A stretch of 64,000 nucleotides of DNA from assembly GCA_040285855.1 (NCBI GenBank), contig JAUFOQ010000016.1, positions 62,001 to 126,000 on the forward strand, given 5' to 3'. Numbering within the stretch: position 1 is the stretch's first letter; every line of letters begins with the position of its first letter. This DNA is from Eukaryota sp. GEM-RC1 (taxonomy: Eukaryota). The notes beneath the pieces were generated by a model. It was not told where the DNA came from, made no database searches, and saw nothing but the letters and a program-made list of their open reading frames with translations. This document shows positions 12,762-25,677 of the stretch, piece after piece. Both the position numbers and the translations under genes were made by a program.

Positions 12762-12971
12762 TTGCTGAGTGACTTGAGTTTGACTAACAATAACACTGAA
12801 GTTTATGGAATGCGTCGTTCTAACATTACCTCTCCTTGGCAAAATAGATCAATGCTTGTTGTGGATAATATTTCAGTTGATCCTTGCAAAGCTTTTAATG
12901 AACGATTTGCCGTGAATGATGAAAAGTCGCATTTAATTGAGGTTCAGAAATCCAGAATCTTGAAATATTAA
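12762..12971 (+). pseudogene. Possible pogo-like DDE transposase fragment
   Basis: PWQNRSMLVVDN resembles the DDE_1 'LL.lDN' motif, but the match is short and weak. Confidence 0.3.
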
Positions 12972-13109
12972 GGTGTGATGAAGAACTTAAAGAATAAGCA
13001 TCTTCCAAAAACAAACAATTTCAACACAGGTTGGATAGAATCTGAGCAGCACAGAATGACTCACTTTCAGATCAACCAACGGAAAAACAGATGTTTTGTT
13101 CACCCGAGC

Positions 13110-14024
13110 CAGGGGTCGCGAAAAACCAATTCAATTATATAATCTATTTGTTTATTGTACAAATTTGATAGAATAAATTTGCAACAATAAACTAGTACAT
13201 ACTAATTCAGAAAATGAAGGAAATTAAATTCCCCACATCAACACGAGAATTATCCCTATACAACTGGAAATAAATAAAACTTAAATAGTGGAGAACTCTT
13301 CTATAAAGAGCAAACATAATTCGGTTAATCCATACAGAACCATTAAAAACCTGGACATTAGAACAACATAAAAGACTAAAATAGCTGAGAAATTTTAAAC
13401 CTACTGGACCAATATTACCAAAAATTGAAATTGCAAGTGGAACAAATGAAAACTTAGAATATATATTTTCATTAAGAAAAACAATAAATATCTTTCAATT
13501 TAAATGAAAAATATGAGTTTTGTAATACGTTGGAGTTTGCAAGAAGTATTTAACAATTTTTTGTAAAACTCCACGAAATTTTACGTATTTTAGGTTCATC
13601 TAGAAGAAAAAATTCGTATACCATCCTCTGAAAATCATTTGAAAATGGCTGGTCATACCGGTATTCCTAACATCATAAGTTAGAACGCTCAACTATAAGA
13701 GTGAACTCCTGTTATTCTTTGTGAATATGTTGTTAAAACACAGCTGTTTCTAAATCCATTTACAACAACACAGTGTGGACTCAATTTTAGACCCATGTAT
13801 TACCCACACTGCCTTTATTCACCAAGAATTGTAAAAAGATCTGTGAAATAATTGGGATGTTGGAGTTACACGGTGAATTTCCTGAACCCCCATTTTTTTC
13901 TTCAAAAAAATACAGAATTGCAAAGAATTAAAATGCATATTTTTTGTCCACGTGTACAAACAATCTATATTTTGTAAGAAAAACACTTCAATACTACAAT
14001 AAAATTATTTTCTTCCAACCCCTG
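13110..14024. mobile_element. Non-autonomous hAT-type element
   Basis: TIR CAGGGGT(C/T)G, perfect 8-bp TSD ACCCGAGC (13102-13109, 14025-14032). Confidence 0.85.
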
Positions 14025-14215
14025 ACCCGAGCCAAGTTGATAAATTGGAACTGATTTTCAAAGATTCCAGAACTGATAAAATACGAGCTCACCAATAATC
14101 CATACATTTAAAGAAACTTTTGAGTAAACTCGATTTTTCTACCTTTAAACAATATAATTTTGTCGAGAACAATAGTAAGGTACACAAATTCATTGAAGTG
14201 ACTGGAGTGACATGA

Positions 14216-16875
14216 AAGAATGATACAAATACAAGGATGTACAATAATGTATATCCAACACGTGTTGGGATATAAATATATTGATGCAATGCTTGGTAAT
14301 GAAAAAGCTGTAAGTTTACCTTTAACTGTTCTATCTGATAGTTTAGAAAGTCCTGTTTGATCATTACTCTTTGGAAGTGCTTTATTTAAATTGGTAGGAG
14401 TTGGTTCATTGGCTAAAGTTGTAAAATTCAAAATAGGCAGATGTGGTTCAGATGTTCCAAATAAAATACTGCTTTTTCTTAGTTCTATAACCTATGGATT
14501 TGTGCTGTAATCTCTTACTTTATCTTGCCAAATTTCTGTTGATATACCTTCTTCATCTTCTTTTCTTTTATATCAGTCTCTATCTTCAAAAATTCTACTA
14601 TGATCTAAAGCAGCTATTTTCTCGAAAACAGGCTTGTTAAAAACGTTGTCCAAAAATAAAAACGACGTTTTTATCGTCTTTTACGTTTTTTCAAAATAAA
14701 TAAAAAACGTTCAGTTCTACTACCTATCTTCATTTTCTGAATTAGTGTGTATTAATTTATTGTTGCAAATAAACTCTAATAAATTCAGTTCAATTTTTCA
14801 ACTTTTCACTTGTTTCTCGCTTCATTTTCATCAACCAAATCTTTCACAGTTCGATCATTACAGCTATCTTCTTTTGAGATTGGAAGGAGAACACCGTGTA
14901 GATGAAGTACAGTGCTCATCTAACGGTGATCACGTGGACAGGGCGGGAAGATAACATGGTATGTGCAACAAGAACACTGATCGAGTGTACCTGAAGGTCG
15001 TTTCACTCAGATACAGAACCAAAGAGCATACACTGTACGAGCAATGGTGTCACCAACAAATACTCTTGCCTTGTTTCGGTCAGAAACAACATAGCTGAAA
15101 TAACACCTGTCAAATTAAGACAAAAGTGGAGTAGAAAGTTGCGTTTATTGTGTCAATCCAGAGTATATAGAACGATGACAAAAACAAAAAACGCGGTTTT
15201 TTTCAAAATACGTTGTAAACGTTGTTTATCCACTGACAAGCATGCGATAACACCATCCAACACGTGTTTAGGTGACCCCGATCATGGCTCACAAGTTGAC
15301 ACCAAATATCACAAAGTAAAAAATTTGTTTGATTTTGTGATGTGATTGATGTGACATGTAATATTTTTTTAGATTTTACATTACCATGTGTTGATTACTT
15401 TCATAAACAATGTTAAATCCAAGAATCGGTTCACCAACTTATGAGATAGAAGTAAATTTAACATTGGAACTGAAGAAGCAATTAATGTCAGTTTGTGTTT
15501 TATACAAATTAAATGTCTTAATATTCCCCATCTATCTTAGACTCCATGGATGGACATAACTATCTGACATCCGCAAACTTCTTTGAGGAACTACCTTTGG
15601 GATACAATTGGAGAGTTACGAAATCTGGTAGCCCGATTGGAAAGTCAATAAAGTGAAGCACTTTGATTTTATTATTCAAAGGTCGGATCTGGAATATTGT
15701 TGGACCTTACTACTAAATACTGCAAAGAACTTCCACAGCTGGAAATTAAGCGTACGAACAAGACGTTTACTTCAGTTGTTACATTTCATTTACAAATTTT
15801 GTTCAATCATTGTGATGTTGTGATGTTAAATCACAAATATCACAAAAATATTGCTTGTGATGTGATTGTCAATGGTTGTGACTCACAAAATCACATTCAC
15901 AACTATGCTCCCAACCAATAATTCCTCATTTCTAAAAATCTTTCACTCTTATCTCAATGCAACATTCATCAAAGAATCACTTACTGTGCGAAGTATGTAC
16001 AGAAATGATGAAGGACCCCTGTACTTTACCATGTGGCCACTCTTTCTGTAGATCGTGTATTCTTACTTGGCTGAAGAAAACCCCATCGTGTCCAAACTGT
16101 CGTAGAGAAATAGAAACCCCAATCGATATCGAACAATTCTCTGTAAACATCAAACTGCGTGAAGCAATTGAAGCTCATGGATCATCAAGTCCTGATACTC
16201 TATGTCAAAGTTGTGAAGAAGCCGCTGCGGTAAAGTTCTGTGTTCAATGCGATAATCCCTTATGTGATGATTGCTGCTCTCTATTACACAAGGCCAAATT
16301 CATGCAGTCCCATTCCATTGTGTCTCTCAAAGAACGTAGAAAAGCTGAAATTAAGAAATGTTCCCTGCATCCTTCAAAGGAACTTGAGTATTTTTGCTCG
16401 CGTTGCTGTGTTACTGTATGTATGAGTTGCTGTCTCCTCAATGATCATTTCGAACATAAAAAAGCTCTCCGAGATATAGGCTCTGCCGAAAACGAAATGG
16501 AAGAAGTCGTGTTATCCATTAACAACCAATTGGCTCACACTGGGGAAGAGGTTTCTCGTTTGTCACAAGAACTTGCAACAAATATTGCAGATATTCCGCC
16601 ACTCCTTCAGCAAGCTGTTAAATCGTCGTTACAAAGCTCTACTATTGATCTAGAAGCTACTCGTTCTCAATTCTTTACTTGTAAGAAGGTTGTTGTTACA
16701 TCTGCTTTAGATGGTGATGTGGATGGATTGTTGGATCAAAGAATTACTGAATTAATCAATTTTGTATCAACTGCTAAAGAACAATTGACTTCTTCTCTTC
16801 ATCAGTGTAAAAAGGCACTGTCTACCACTTCTTTTGGTAATCCAGACTTGTTCGTAGAAAAGAGAGTGAAGAAAT
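14216..16875 (+). repeat. Local segmental duplication, copy 2 (paralogous to 7114-11148)
   Basis: Direct sequence comparison. This copy holds the empty CTCCCAAC target site. Confidence 0.95.
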
Positions 16876-17463
16876 TGCTGACGCTTCCAATGAATCGGTG
16901 TCATTCAAACAGGAACAGATGATTAAGCCTTTGCCTGTCTATAGTGGAGCAGTTGAGGGTATGTTTCCAACAGATCTCGATCTTAAGTTTAGCACTCTCA
17001 ATAAGAGTGATGGTCTAATTTTTCTCAGTATGATCGTGTGGTCACGAGTACAAGTAGTACAAACAAATTTGGCTGGAACAATGTACTTGCTGACACTCCT
17101 TTGACAGTTGGTCATATTTATCGTTGGAAGGTTCGAAGAGATACTTTTGGCAGTGCGAAACGGCGATGTGTAGGAATCATAGGAAAGGGGTTGTTTAACA
17201 GTAGAGCAAGTCTCCTCAACAAGTCAAATTGTTTCCTATTTTGTTCCGCTGGATATTTCAATCAAGAAGATAATCTTGGAACTGAATGGGGACCAGGACA
17301 GGTCATTGAAGTGATTGCGGATCTAGTCAATTTTCACTTAAAGGTAACTGAATCCACTGATAATTCATTCGATTTTCTTATCAGTATTGACCGAAATGTT
17401 GATTGTTATTATCCTGTGTTTTCGTTACATGGGCGTTCTCTGTCACTTGAACTTGTTAGCTAA
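15957..17463 (+). CDS. TRIM-like E3 ligase (RING, two B-boxes, coiled coil, SPRY-like); two -1 frameshifts (~16890, ~17020)
   Basis: Zinc-ligand patterns are intact. C-terminal VLADTPL...YRWKV...CVGI...YYPVFSL is SPRY-like. Each frameshift is repaired by adding one base. Confidence 0.8.
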
Positions 17464-17636
17464 ATGAGTTTTAAATTGTACATATTGAGGAATGATTAAT
17501 AGAATAATTTTTACATGAAGACTGAAAAAGTGTATAAATATCGATTTCTAAAAGATACAGTTGTATGATTTGGAAAGGATTGTAAAATGACCCATCAGTT
17601 TTGATTGGTAATAGAATATACAACAGTCAAATACAT

Positions 17637-19282
17637 TCAAGGTAAATTTCCAGTTAAAAATTTTAATTGACTCCTAAAATCAGCCAACATTTTCCGATCA
17701 TTATCCAAGGTTTCTTGTTCCTTTTTCCTTATTGAGTTGAACTCATCTACTGGCTCTTCTTCATTTGATTCTTGAACTGGTGTGGAAGACTTGGCTGTGA
17801 CAGGTCTAGGTACTGAAGAATATAGAATTGGATTTGAAAAATTTAAATTTGATGTGGATGAATCAAGATCACTAATTAGAGAAGAAATAGTATCAGAAAA
17901 TGAAGCTTCAGGGGTATTTGATTTGTCCGAAATTTTAAAAATTTGAGGAATTAATGGCGGATCTGTAGGTTGGGAAAATTTGGTCAAATCATCACAGGCA
18001 AAATAGAAATGAAACTTTGACTTAAACTGATAAAGAACAAGTAAACTGTGGGATGATGGGAAATTATAAACTGGCAATTTTGTTGACATTTTAAAACCTT
18101 CAGGAAGAATCGCAGGATTAACCAAAATAGCAAGATCTTTCCCTAAAACAAAGAAATTGGAGAAAACATCAGGTTGTAGCCCATTATAAATCTCACAACA
18201 ATCATTTTTGATTGATGCAATAACGTCAGATTGCTGAGACTGAATCACGACACCATTCCAATCAACCATAACAGCCAAACTTTCCTTTTTGTTATCATAA
18301 AATGCATGTAAGACCCATCCTTCACTTTCCTCACACACTCTAATAGCTGTTCTACCATCTCTTCTTTTAGCTACGCCACTACCATCACTAAAAACAATGA
18401 CAGCTTGTTGTGAAGATGAATACCCCAGGGAAGAATGAATTGAAAGGGAAGGTGTAGATTTCTTTTGATTGGTTTCTTGCTTTTTGGTCTCGTTGAAGAA
18501 GCAGGACTGTGTTTGATCTCAGGAAGTAGTGACACTGCATCATTGATTGATGTTTGTTGGTGATCAAAATTGATTGATCGTTTAAAGAGTCGATTTCGTT
18601 CAACAGAAGTCTCAGGGCCAACCACGACAAGTCCACGAGAATTAGGAAAGAAATTCAGCTCAAGATCACCCACTTCAGAAGCTGAAGTGGAGTTGGATGA
18701 CGATGGACTGGGCTGAGGATTCCGAGAAGGAGAGGGCGTTGGTGGAGTAGACAGATTGAACTTTTTTAATGCAGACTTACCTTCTTTTGAAGATAGGTAA
18801 TTACGAGAAGAAAGCAATGACTGTGAAGATATCTGTTTACCATCTAGACAGATGAGTTGTGGAAAGAGGTTGTGTATGTAATCCTTGTAGATTCTATGTT
18901 TACAAGATGAAGACAGGTCAGAAGGAGCAAGAAGAAGAGTTTGGAGATGCAGATTAGATAGACAATTAAGAGCAGAAAGAGACGACATATGATTGCGGGC
19001 AAAAACCAACGTTTCCAGGTTTGAACAAGAAGAAAGTGGCGAAAGATCAATCACAGGGTTTGAAGATATGTTCAGAACTTTAAGCATGTGAAGGCTGGAT
19101 AGTGGAGAGAGATTCGTCAATTGATTGTGAGAGAGGTTGATAGATGAAAGTTGGGAAAGTTTTGAGATGTTGGAAATGTCAGAAAGAGTGTTGAATGATA
19201 CATTAAGCGAGACAATATCATTGGAAGAACTAATAGAGTCTAGAGAAGTGAGACCAGAGTCAGAAAGTTCGAGGGATGGCAT
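17637..19282 (-). CDS. N-terminal SDS22-like LRR protein; one -1 frameshift (~18465-18485)
   Basis: LxxLNLSHNQL repeats and LRRcap (LFPQLICLDG). The downstream frame is open from the A-runs through to 17637. Confidence 0.75.
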
Positions 19283-19476
19283 AAAACATTTTCTTTGAAC
19301 AATCAACCTACAATATAGACACTACTACATGTAGTAGCAGCTTACCTCAAATGCTTGCTGCTACTCCACTTATTCCTAGTGTACGATGTTCTGTAGTGAA
19401 GGACGGATGTTGGCTGACTGGAACTTTATTGAGAATTAAATAAGAAGCCAAAATGCTTGCAAGAGACAAAATATCT

Positions 19477-20715
19477 CTACTCTTGTTCTTCATAACTAGG
19501 TTTGAACTCTGGTGCATATAATTGACGATCGACAACAGAAGGAACGGGTTCAATGCAACATGATAGTTCTTGTTCAATCTTGTACAACATAAAGCGATCA
19601 TTGGGGGTGATAAATGAGATAGCAATACCGTAATGTCCGAACCTTCCGGCTCTTCCAACACGATGGAGAAAGGTTTCAGATGACTTAGGCATATCAAAGT
19701 TAACACAAACATTAACATCCTGACAATCAATACCTCTTGCCCAGACATCTGAGCAAACAAGGTTTCGACAGACACCATTTCTAAAGTCTGAAAAGACTCT
19801 GTTACGTTCTGATTGGTCCATCTGTGAGTGGACATAAAAACAGTCATAGCCAAGCTCTGTAAGTTTCTTAGCCAAGAGCTTTACACGATTAACGGAATTA
19901 CAGAAGATAATCGATTGGTTGATTTCCAGTTTCTTAAATAGTGTATGTAGACAGTGAACTTTCTGCCTTTCTTCTACGTATGCGTAAAACTGAGTGATAC
20001 CCTTCAATGTGAGTTCGTCCATGAGGTTTACTTCATGAGGAGCTCCTCTAGCAGTCATGTACTTGTCAACAAAAGACTTAACTGAAGAGGGAAAGGTGGC
20101 GGAACATAACATTATTTGCCTCTGTGGAGAGGTTTTGTCGACAAGACTGGAGATAGTGTCAATAAACTCCTTCGCTATTAGCTTATCAGCTTCATCCAGC
20201 ACAAACATCTTACAATGGCCCAAGTCTGCCACTTGTCTTTTCGCAAGGTCCAGGAGACGGCCAGGAGTAGCAACAATGACGTGTACCCCTTGTCGCATTC
20301 GGATGACGTCGTCTTTGACTAAAGACCCTCCGGTAGTGGTCATGATTTGAATACCTTCAATGTAAGTACCGAGTGTTCGGCACACTTCTGATGTTTGTAG
20401 GGCGAGTTCCCTGGAGGGAACCAGAACCACCGCTTGGGGACGTCGTATTGAGACATCGACTCTTTCTAATATTGGAATAAGGTAACTAGCGGATTTTCCT
20501 GTTCCATTTTTCGAGCGGACAAGGATATCCTTTCCCATGAGTGCGACGGGAATGGTGGATTCCTGCACAGGAGCAGGTTCGAGGAAACCTGCTTCAAATA
20601 TACCACGGAGAAGTTCATGACGTAAAGTATAATCTTCCCATGAGTGTCCCTTTCTATTGGTAACATCAGTTGTTTGGGGGCGTTGTTGTCTGGAAAGTGT
20701 AGGTGTAGAAGACAT
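19477..20715 (-). CDS. DDX6: DEAD-box RNA helicase DDX6/Dhh1
   Basis: [44 protein letters not shown] and [11 protein letters not shown] in an intact 412-aa ORF. Confidence 0.97.
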   Translation of the reverse strand: MSSTPTLSRQQRPQTTDVTNRKGHSWEDYTLRHELLRGIFEAGFLEPAPVQESTIPVALMGKDILVRSKNGTGKSASYLIPILERVDVSIRRPQAVVLVPSRELALQTSEVCRTLGTYIEGIQIMTTTGGSLVKDDVIRMRQGVHVIVATPGRLLDLAKRQVADLGHCKMFVLDEADKLIAKEFIDTISSLVDKTSPQRQIMLCSATFPSSVKSFVDKYMTARGAPHEVNLMDELTLKGITQFYAYVEERQKVHCLHTLFKKLEINQSIIFCNSVNRVKLLAKKLTELGYDCFYVHSQMDQSERNRVFSDFRNGVCRNLVCSDVWARGIDCQDVNVCVNFDMPKSSETFLHRVGRAGRFGHYGIAISFITPNDRFMLYKIEQELSCCIEPVPSVVDRQLYAPEFKPSYEEQE

Positions 20716-21141
20716 TGTTGAGGAATTTTTGTTTCATTATGTGTTTCCTCTTGTGTGAATTCTGCTTAATCCCAGTCTAGAATTCGAATTGCCAAATTTG
20801 ACTTCATGTACGTGTCTTCAAAAGACTGATCTAACTCAATAGCTTTCAAAAAAGTAGATTATTAACAATAAAGTATACTAAAAAGTGCTTTATTCTATAA
20901 ACTTTCATTATAGAAAATAAAATAGACCGGTAAAACTACCCCATCACACAACCTTCTCCACCACCAAACAAACTCTTCAAGATATCATCAAAGTAATTGT
21001 TCATAGAACGAAATACAGCAAAAACTAGACCATCTCTTCAAAACCACCGTTGAACTTTTTATCGAAATCATTACACAAATCCTGGAAACAAACATAAGAA
21101 TTAATTAACTGCAGTACCTAAATTACCAATCTTTTGAGAGT

Positions 21142-21869
21142 TTAATTTTTCAAAACAATCAGTGTATCGAAAAACTTTCTTGTTTTCAGCATGGTCAATG
21201 GCCGAAAATTCATCATTAAGTACTTTTTAGGTAAAAGTACAGTAGAATTACAAGAATCAACTGTAGTAAAGTCCAGTACAATTTCTTGAGAATTCCTCCA
21301 AGATCCAATAGAACCACCAAGACTTTTGTTCCGAATACCAGACTCAGAAAATGCAGATAAAAGAGGTTCAGCTTTACCATGGCAACCATTAGATCTGAAC
21401 ATAGATAAACACTGATCACGAACACTGTTGTGGATTACAGATCTCATATGAATGAATTTGCTACAATTAACAACATGATTGAACGTGCAATAAGATTTTT
21501 GAAATAAACCATTGGGCCAGAGACCGAATCTCAGTCGCATGTTAATCAGCCATTCATGATCTTTTAGATTAAAACAAAATTGCTGAGGATAACGTGTAAC
21601 TAGTGCTGAAGCAGAATCACTGGAAATAATATCCATCAAGAAAGCACAAAAAGCGGGACGATCAATTTTAGCCGAGCTAATACGATTTTTAAAGTGCAAG
21701 CTTTCGTGATAACTGATGAATTGTTGTTTACACACATTGGAAGAGAAAAAATACTTCTTTGAGGAATCTCACTTGAAGAAACAGGAAAAAATGACGACCA
21801 AACATCAGCGTCAAGACTTTCCACAAACTGTTGTAAACTCATCATCCAGTGACAAGTAGATCTTGACAA
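21142..21869 (-). mobile_element. Non-LTR retrotransposon remnant (CRE/SLACS-like zinc knuckle and restriction-like endonuclease region)
   Basis: MRLRFGL, HVVNC...IHNSVRD, AEPLL and LDFTTVD; frameshifted and truncated. Confidence 0.7.
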
Positions 21870-22170
21870 AAAAAGCCATTGATTCCAAAGGTCAATATAA
21901 CGACTACGAAGTTCAAAAAGAAATTATACTTGTCTTAAGAGGTAATAGGGGATAATGTATATTAACAGAACCCAAATCTGTTGGTTTGTGGAATCCTGTT
22001 CAGTATCTCTAATGAGGAGATACAGACTTATAGATCAATTGTCATCTAGATGATCGAACTAAAAACTAGGAAACGACATGATTTTATTTCGATGGAAAAC
22101 TGATGGCTGACAAATCAATACTAAAGCTCTAACATCTTAATAATTGAAGAAGTCGCATGTTGGAATTCTT

Positions 22171-25100
22171 CTATAGTGCAAATAATCGTGGACAATTGTT
22201 GAATATGAATAAAATGTTCACAAAATAACTTTTTGAAGAATTATAGAATGAATCAGGTACAAATTTGAACAATAAACATGCATAATTTGCAAACTCCTCA
22301 AGTGACGTTAACACCACAGATTTCTCCGAGCTAGAAGAACATATATACATTAAAGGTTTGACCAATAAAACTAATACGAGTTGAAAAGAGTGCTGACTAA
22401 AATCAGAAATATTTGACAGCAGACTTTCCATTAACACTGAATAGCAACTCAAAAGATGTGACGGATCCAAAAATTTGAAGAATTTGATAATTATATCACG
22501 GAGGGCAATTTGAGTGGTAGAAATAGCACAAGAAGTTGCTAAAATAGAGAGAAATCCTGATACTGATTCACAATCTTTGGTTTTAAAGACGGAAAAGTCA
22601 GAAAATTGTTCAACATATTTTGATATTTGGAATCCAGATGTTAATGATAGTGGTTTTAGAATAGATAATACTGGAAGAAGTATATCATTCTTGACTATAG
22701 CAGAAGAAAAGACAAGAGAAAGTAAAAATAACACAAAATCATCAAAATTTGAAGCTTGGAGATAGAATTGGGGATGAATGATGGAAATATTAGACAAACA
22801 ACGACAAAAAGTCCCGAAAAACTCAAAATAGTCATTATCTATAGCAACCTGAAGAAGTGATACAACGGATGAAATCAATTCTGGGGGAACATATCCAGGT
22901 CTATCTAAATTTAAAAGTTTCAAGAAATTAGTCTGGTAAGAGTAAGCCAAATCATGAGCTAAAACTAATGAGCAACGACTTCTAAAGCACTGTCCTGACA
23001 AATTCAAAAATAGAACAGAAATTTCAATATTGTGTTCCAACTTTTCAAAATGAGGAATGGCTTGGAACAGCGCATGTAAAAATTTCCAACTATTTTCAAT
23101 AAAATTTAGGTCTGAAGAAATGGCCATCTTAAAAGCCAAAATTAGACACAGTGACGGAGTTTCAGAGCAATTTTGTTTCCAAAGTAGTAAAGATCTTTGA
23201 AGAATTTGACTTCGATAACGATTGAAGAAACTTGATCTCTTCAGCCTCGGTAACAACGGGGTAGTCGTTAACCAAAAACAATTGACGACTTTGAGCGAAG
23301 TTGAAAAATTTTAAAATTGATGGCCATGAGTCATTAATACAATCCAAATGGTCTACTAAAAATCGAACCAATTCCTTTAAAACAAATTCCACTTCAGAGA
23401 TTGAAGCTACTGTTTTTCCGAAAAATGAACAACAAATCTTGTCTACTGTACTACACACGTTGTTTCTATCGATCTCTTTTAGGTTTGCAAGTCGTTGCAA
23501 AGCTAGGAAAAAGTAAGAATCAATCATTTTTGACTGCTGACAAGTAAGCAAGAAATCAACTAAAACACTCTCATAGTAGACAACCGAAATACGTGGATCA
23601 ACTAAGTACAATCGAGCTGTACGGTCGTCGTGAAGCCCAGCAACAGCAAACTTCCTATTCAAATCCATGTAAATTAAAGAATTGGTCTTTGATTTTGATT
23701 TAAAGAGATCAACTCTTGAAATCACTGGTGGAATGGGATGATTTTTGATTGAATCATACAAGAAGGAAAACAGATCACAATCAATGATAGAAGAGTGTTC
23801 ACCAATTGCCTCCTCCAATGATGCAGTAAATAAATCTTTCCCCATCTTATGCTGAACAGATTGATTGTGCAGGTCAGTATGAAGTAACATCGAAGCAAAA
23901 CAAACGTAATGTACGGATCCAGCTAGGGATTTAAAGTCGTCGAAATCTGGCAGATTTTCGATATGAAAGAGTCTTTGATTGTTGATAGAGATCACATGAT
24001 TGTATTCGGCAACAACCTGAGCAAAATAATCCAGAAGACGGTCAATCATTTGAGCCTCTCCGGGAACATTTGAAAGAGTCAAAATAAAAGCGGAAAGTAA
24101 CTGCCAAAAATCAATCAAATTGTTATCGGAAGAAAAAAGGTCAGATACTATGTGACCGATTAAGCCCTTAGAGACAGACTCAGCTTGGGAAGAATTTCCA
24201 GCAAGGAAGTCACCAAAGCTACAATCTTGTTGACAGAGAGACACGTGTGAAAGAACAAACTCACGATTTTGAAGTTCTTGTAAATGTTTAAAACTAGAAC
24301 ACAGTGAATCATATTGTTCGATCATTTCTGATAGATTTTTCGAAAGATACACTTTAGAGCTTAGTTCAGCACGTAACCTAGAAACATCTCGAGAAAAATC
24401 AGACGAACAACCGGACAATTTAAATGAAGACATTTTTTCAAATATATTAAAAAAGATTTTAACTACAGTATCAGTCCATTGATTCTTATCTCCCATTTGA
24501 TTGAATAGAAATGATGTCAGAGAGGATAAACAAGATGGTACTACAGGAACTAGCTCCAAAACTGATAGTTTTGGGAAAAAATAAGCATCTTTTGATAAGT
24601 GAAGTAACAGTTCAAAAACTTTAACAATAAGGAAATCATTTTGACCTTTGGCCGAAGGCAAAATGACATCATTAATGAAAACAATTGTTGATATCGGAAG
24701 AATATTAATCGAAAAACTCAATAGGTTAGACATTAGAGAAAAACACCGTATTGAGATGATTCTGTGAGCAATAGAATTAGACGAGCTGTGTAACATAAAG
24801 GTCCCGATATAATGAAGCAGTGTTCTGGAATTAGACTCAGAAAGAAGAGAAAAATCTGAAATCAAGGAGGAAAAATGGAAATAAAAGGCACAAATTTCTA
24901 AATTATTAAAAAACGTGTTGGAATCTATGTTATTAAAGCAATTCAGAACAGAATTAAGAAGAACAGAATTGGTAAAACAAGTAGTTGTGTGTAACAGCAG
25001 GTCTCTGGCAGTAATCCTTACTGAGTTGTAGACAGTGCTGTCAAGGAATGCTATCTGAACTAGGAAGGAAAAGTAAGAGGGAGGAAGTTCAACAGTACTA

Positions 25101-25447
25101 GATAACCGAGGGAAAAGAAGAAGGAAACGTGTGAGGAGAGTGGCGTCAACGTGGGGCTGCGAAGAAAAGTGAGCAGTGATGGTCTCCACAGTAGACTTGA
25201 GAGCATCAACAAGTTCAGGAGAAGTGACTGAGTGACTTAGAAAAGAATTGATGCAAGACAAAATGGATAGATTTGCAGGACCAGATGCTACTTGAAATAT
25301 TGATGAGCAAGTAGATAGAAACAGAGGATAGTTGGATGATTTGATAGCAGACGATAAAGAAGAAAAGTAAGAGGCATATACATGGTTATCCGGGTCGAAG
25401 CTTAGTGTGGTTTCAACTACTTGAGCATCAGATAGCAATGTTCCCAT
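22171..25447 (-). CDS. Sec7-domain ARF guanine-nucleotide exchange factor; one +1 frameshift (~23172)
   Basis: Sec7 motifs PGEAQMIDR and ASMLLHTDLHN. The first in-frame ATG is at 25447; the TTG-started extension to 25636 runs into the Fanzor element end. Confidence 0.85.
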
Positions 25448-25522
25448 ATGTGTTTCTGATGAAGAATCTGTGTTGCTTTTGAGATTGTAAAAGACTGGCT
25501 CAAGATTTGTTACTGTGGATTT

Positions 25523-25677
25523 TCCAAGAAATGCATACTTTACACTTTCAAAGAAAGCTTCTTCATACACACCCCTTTTGTGCGGAAGCACCACATTACG
25601 GCCTCCATTCAAGGTAACTTGAACTTCATCGGCCAATACATGAAATATTCTTCACTAACGTTCAGGTCTTCTGAACG
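25523..25677 (-). ncRNA. Candidate Fanzor omegaRNA (scaffold ~25677-25543 plus flank-derived guide ~25542-25523)
   Basis: Five stems found by eye, packed between the last codons of the ORF and the inferred element end. The position matches known TnpB/Fanzor omegaRNAs. No expression data. Confidence 0.6.
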
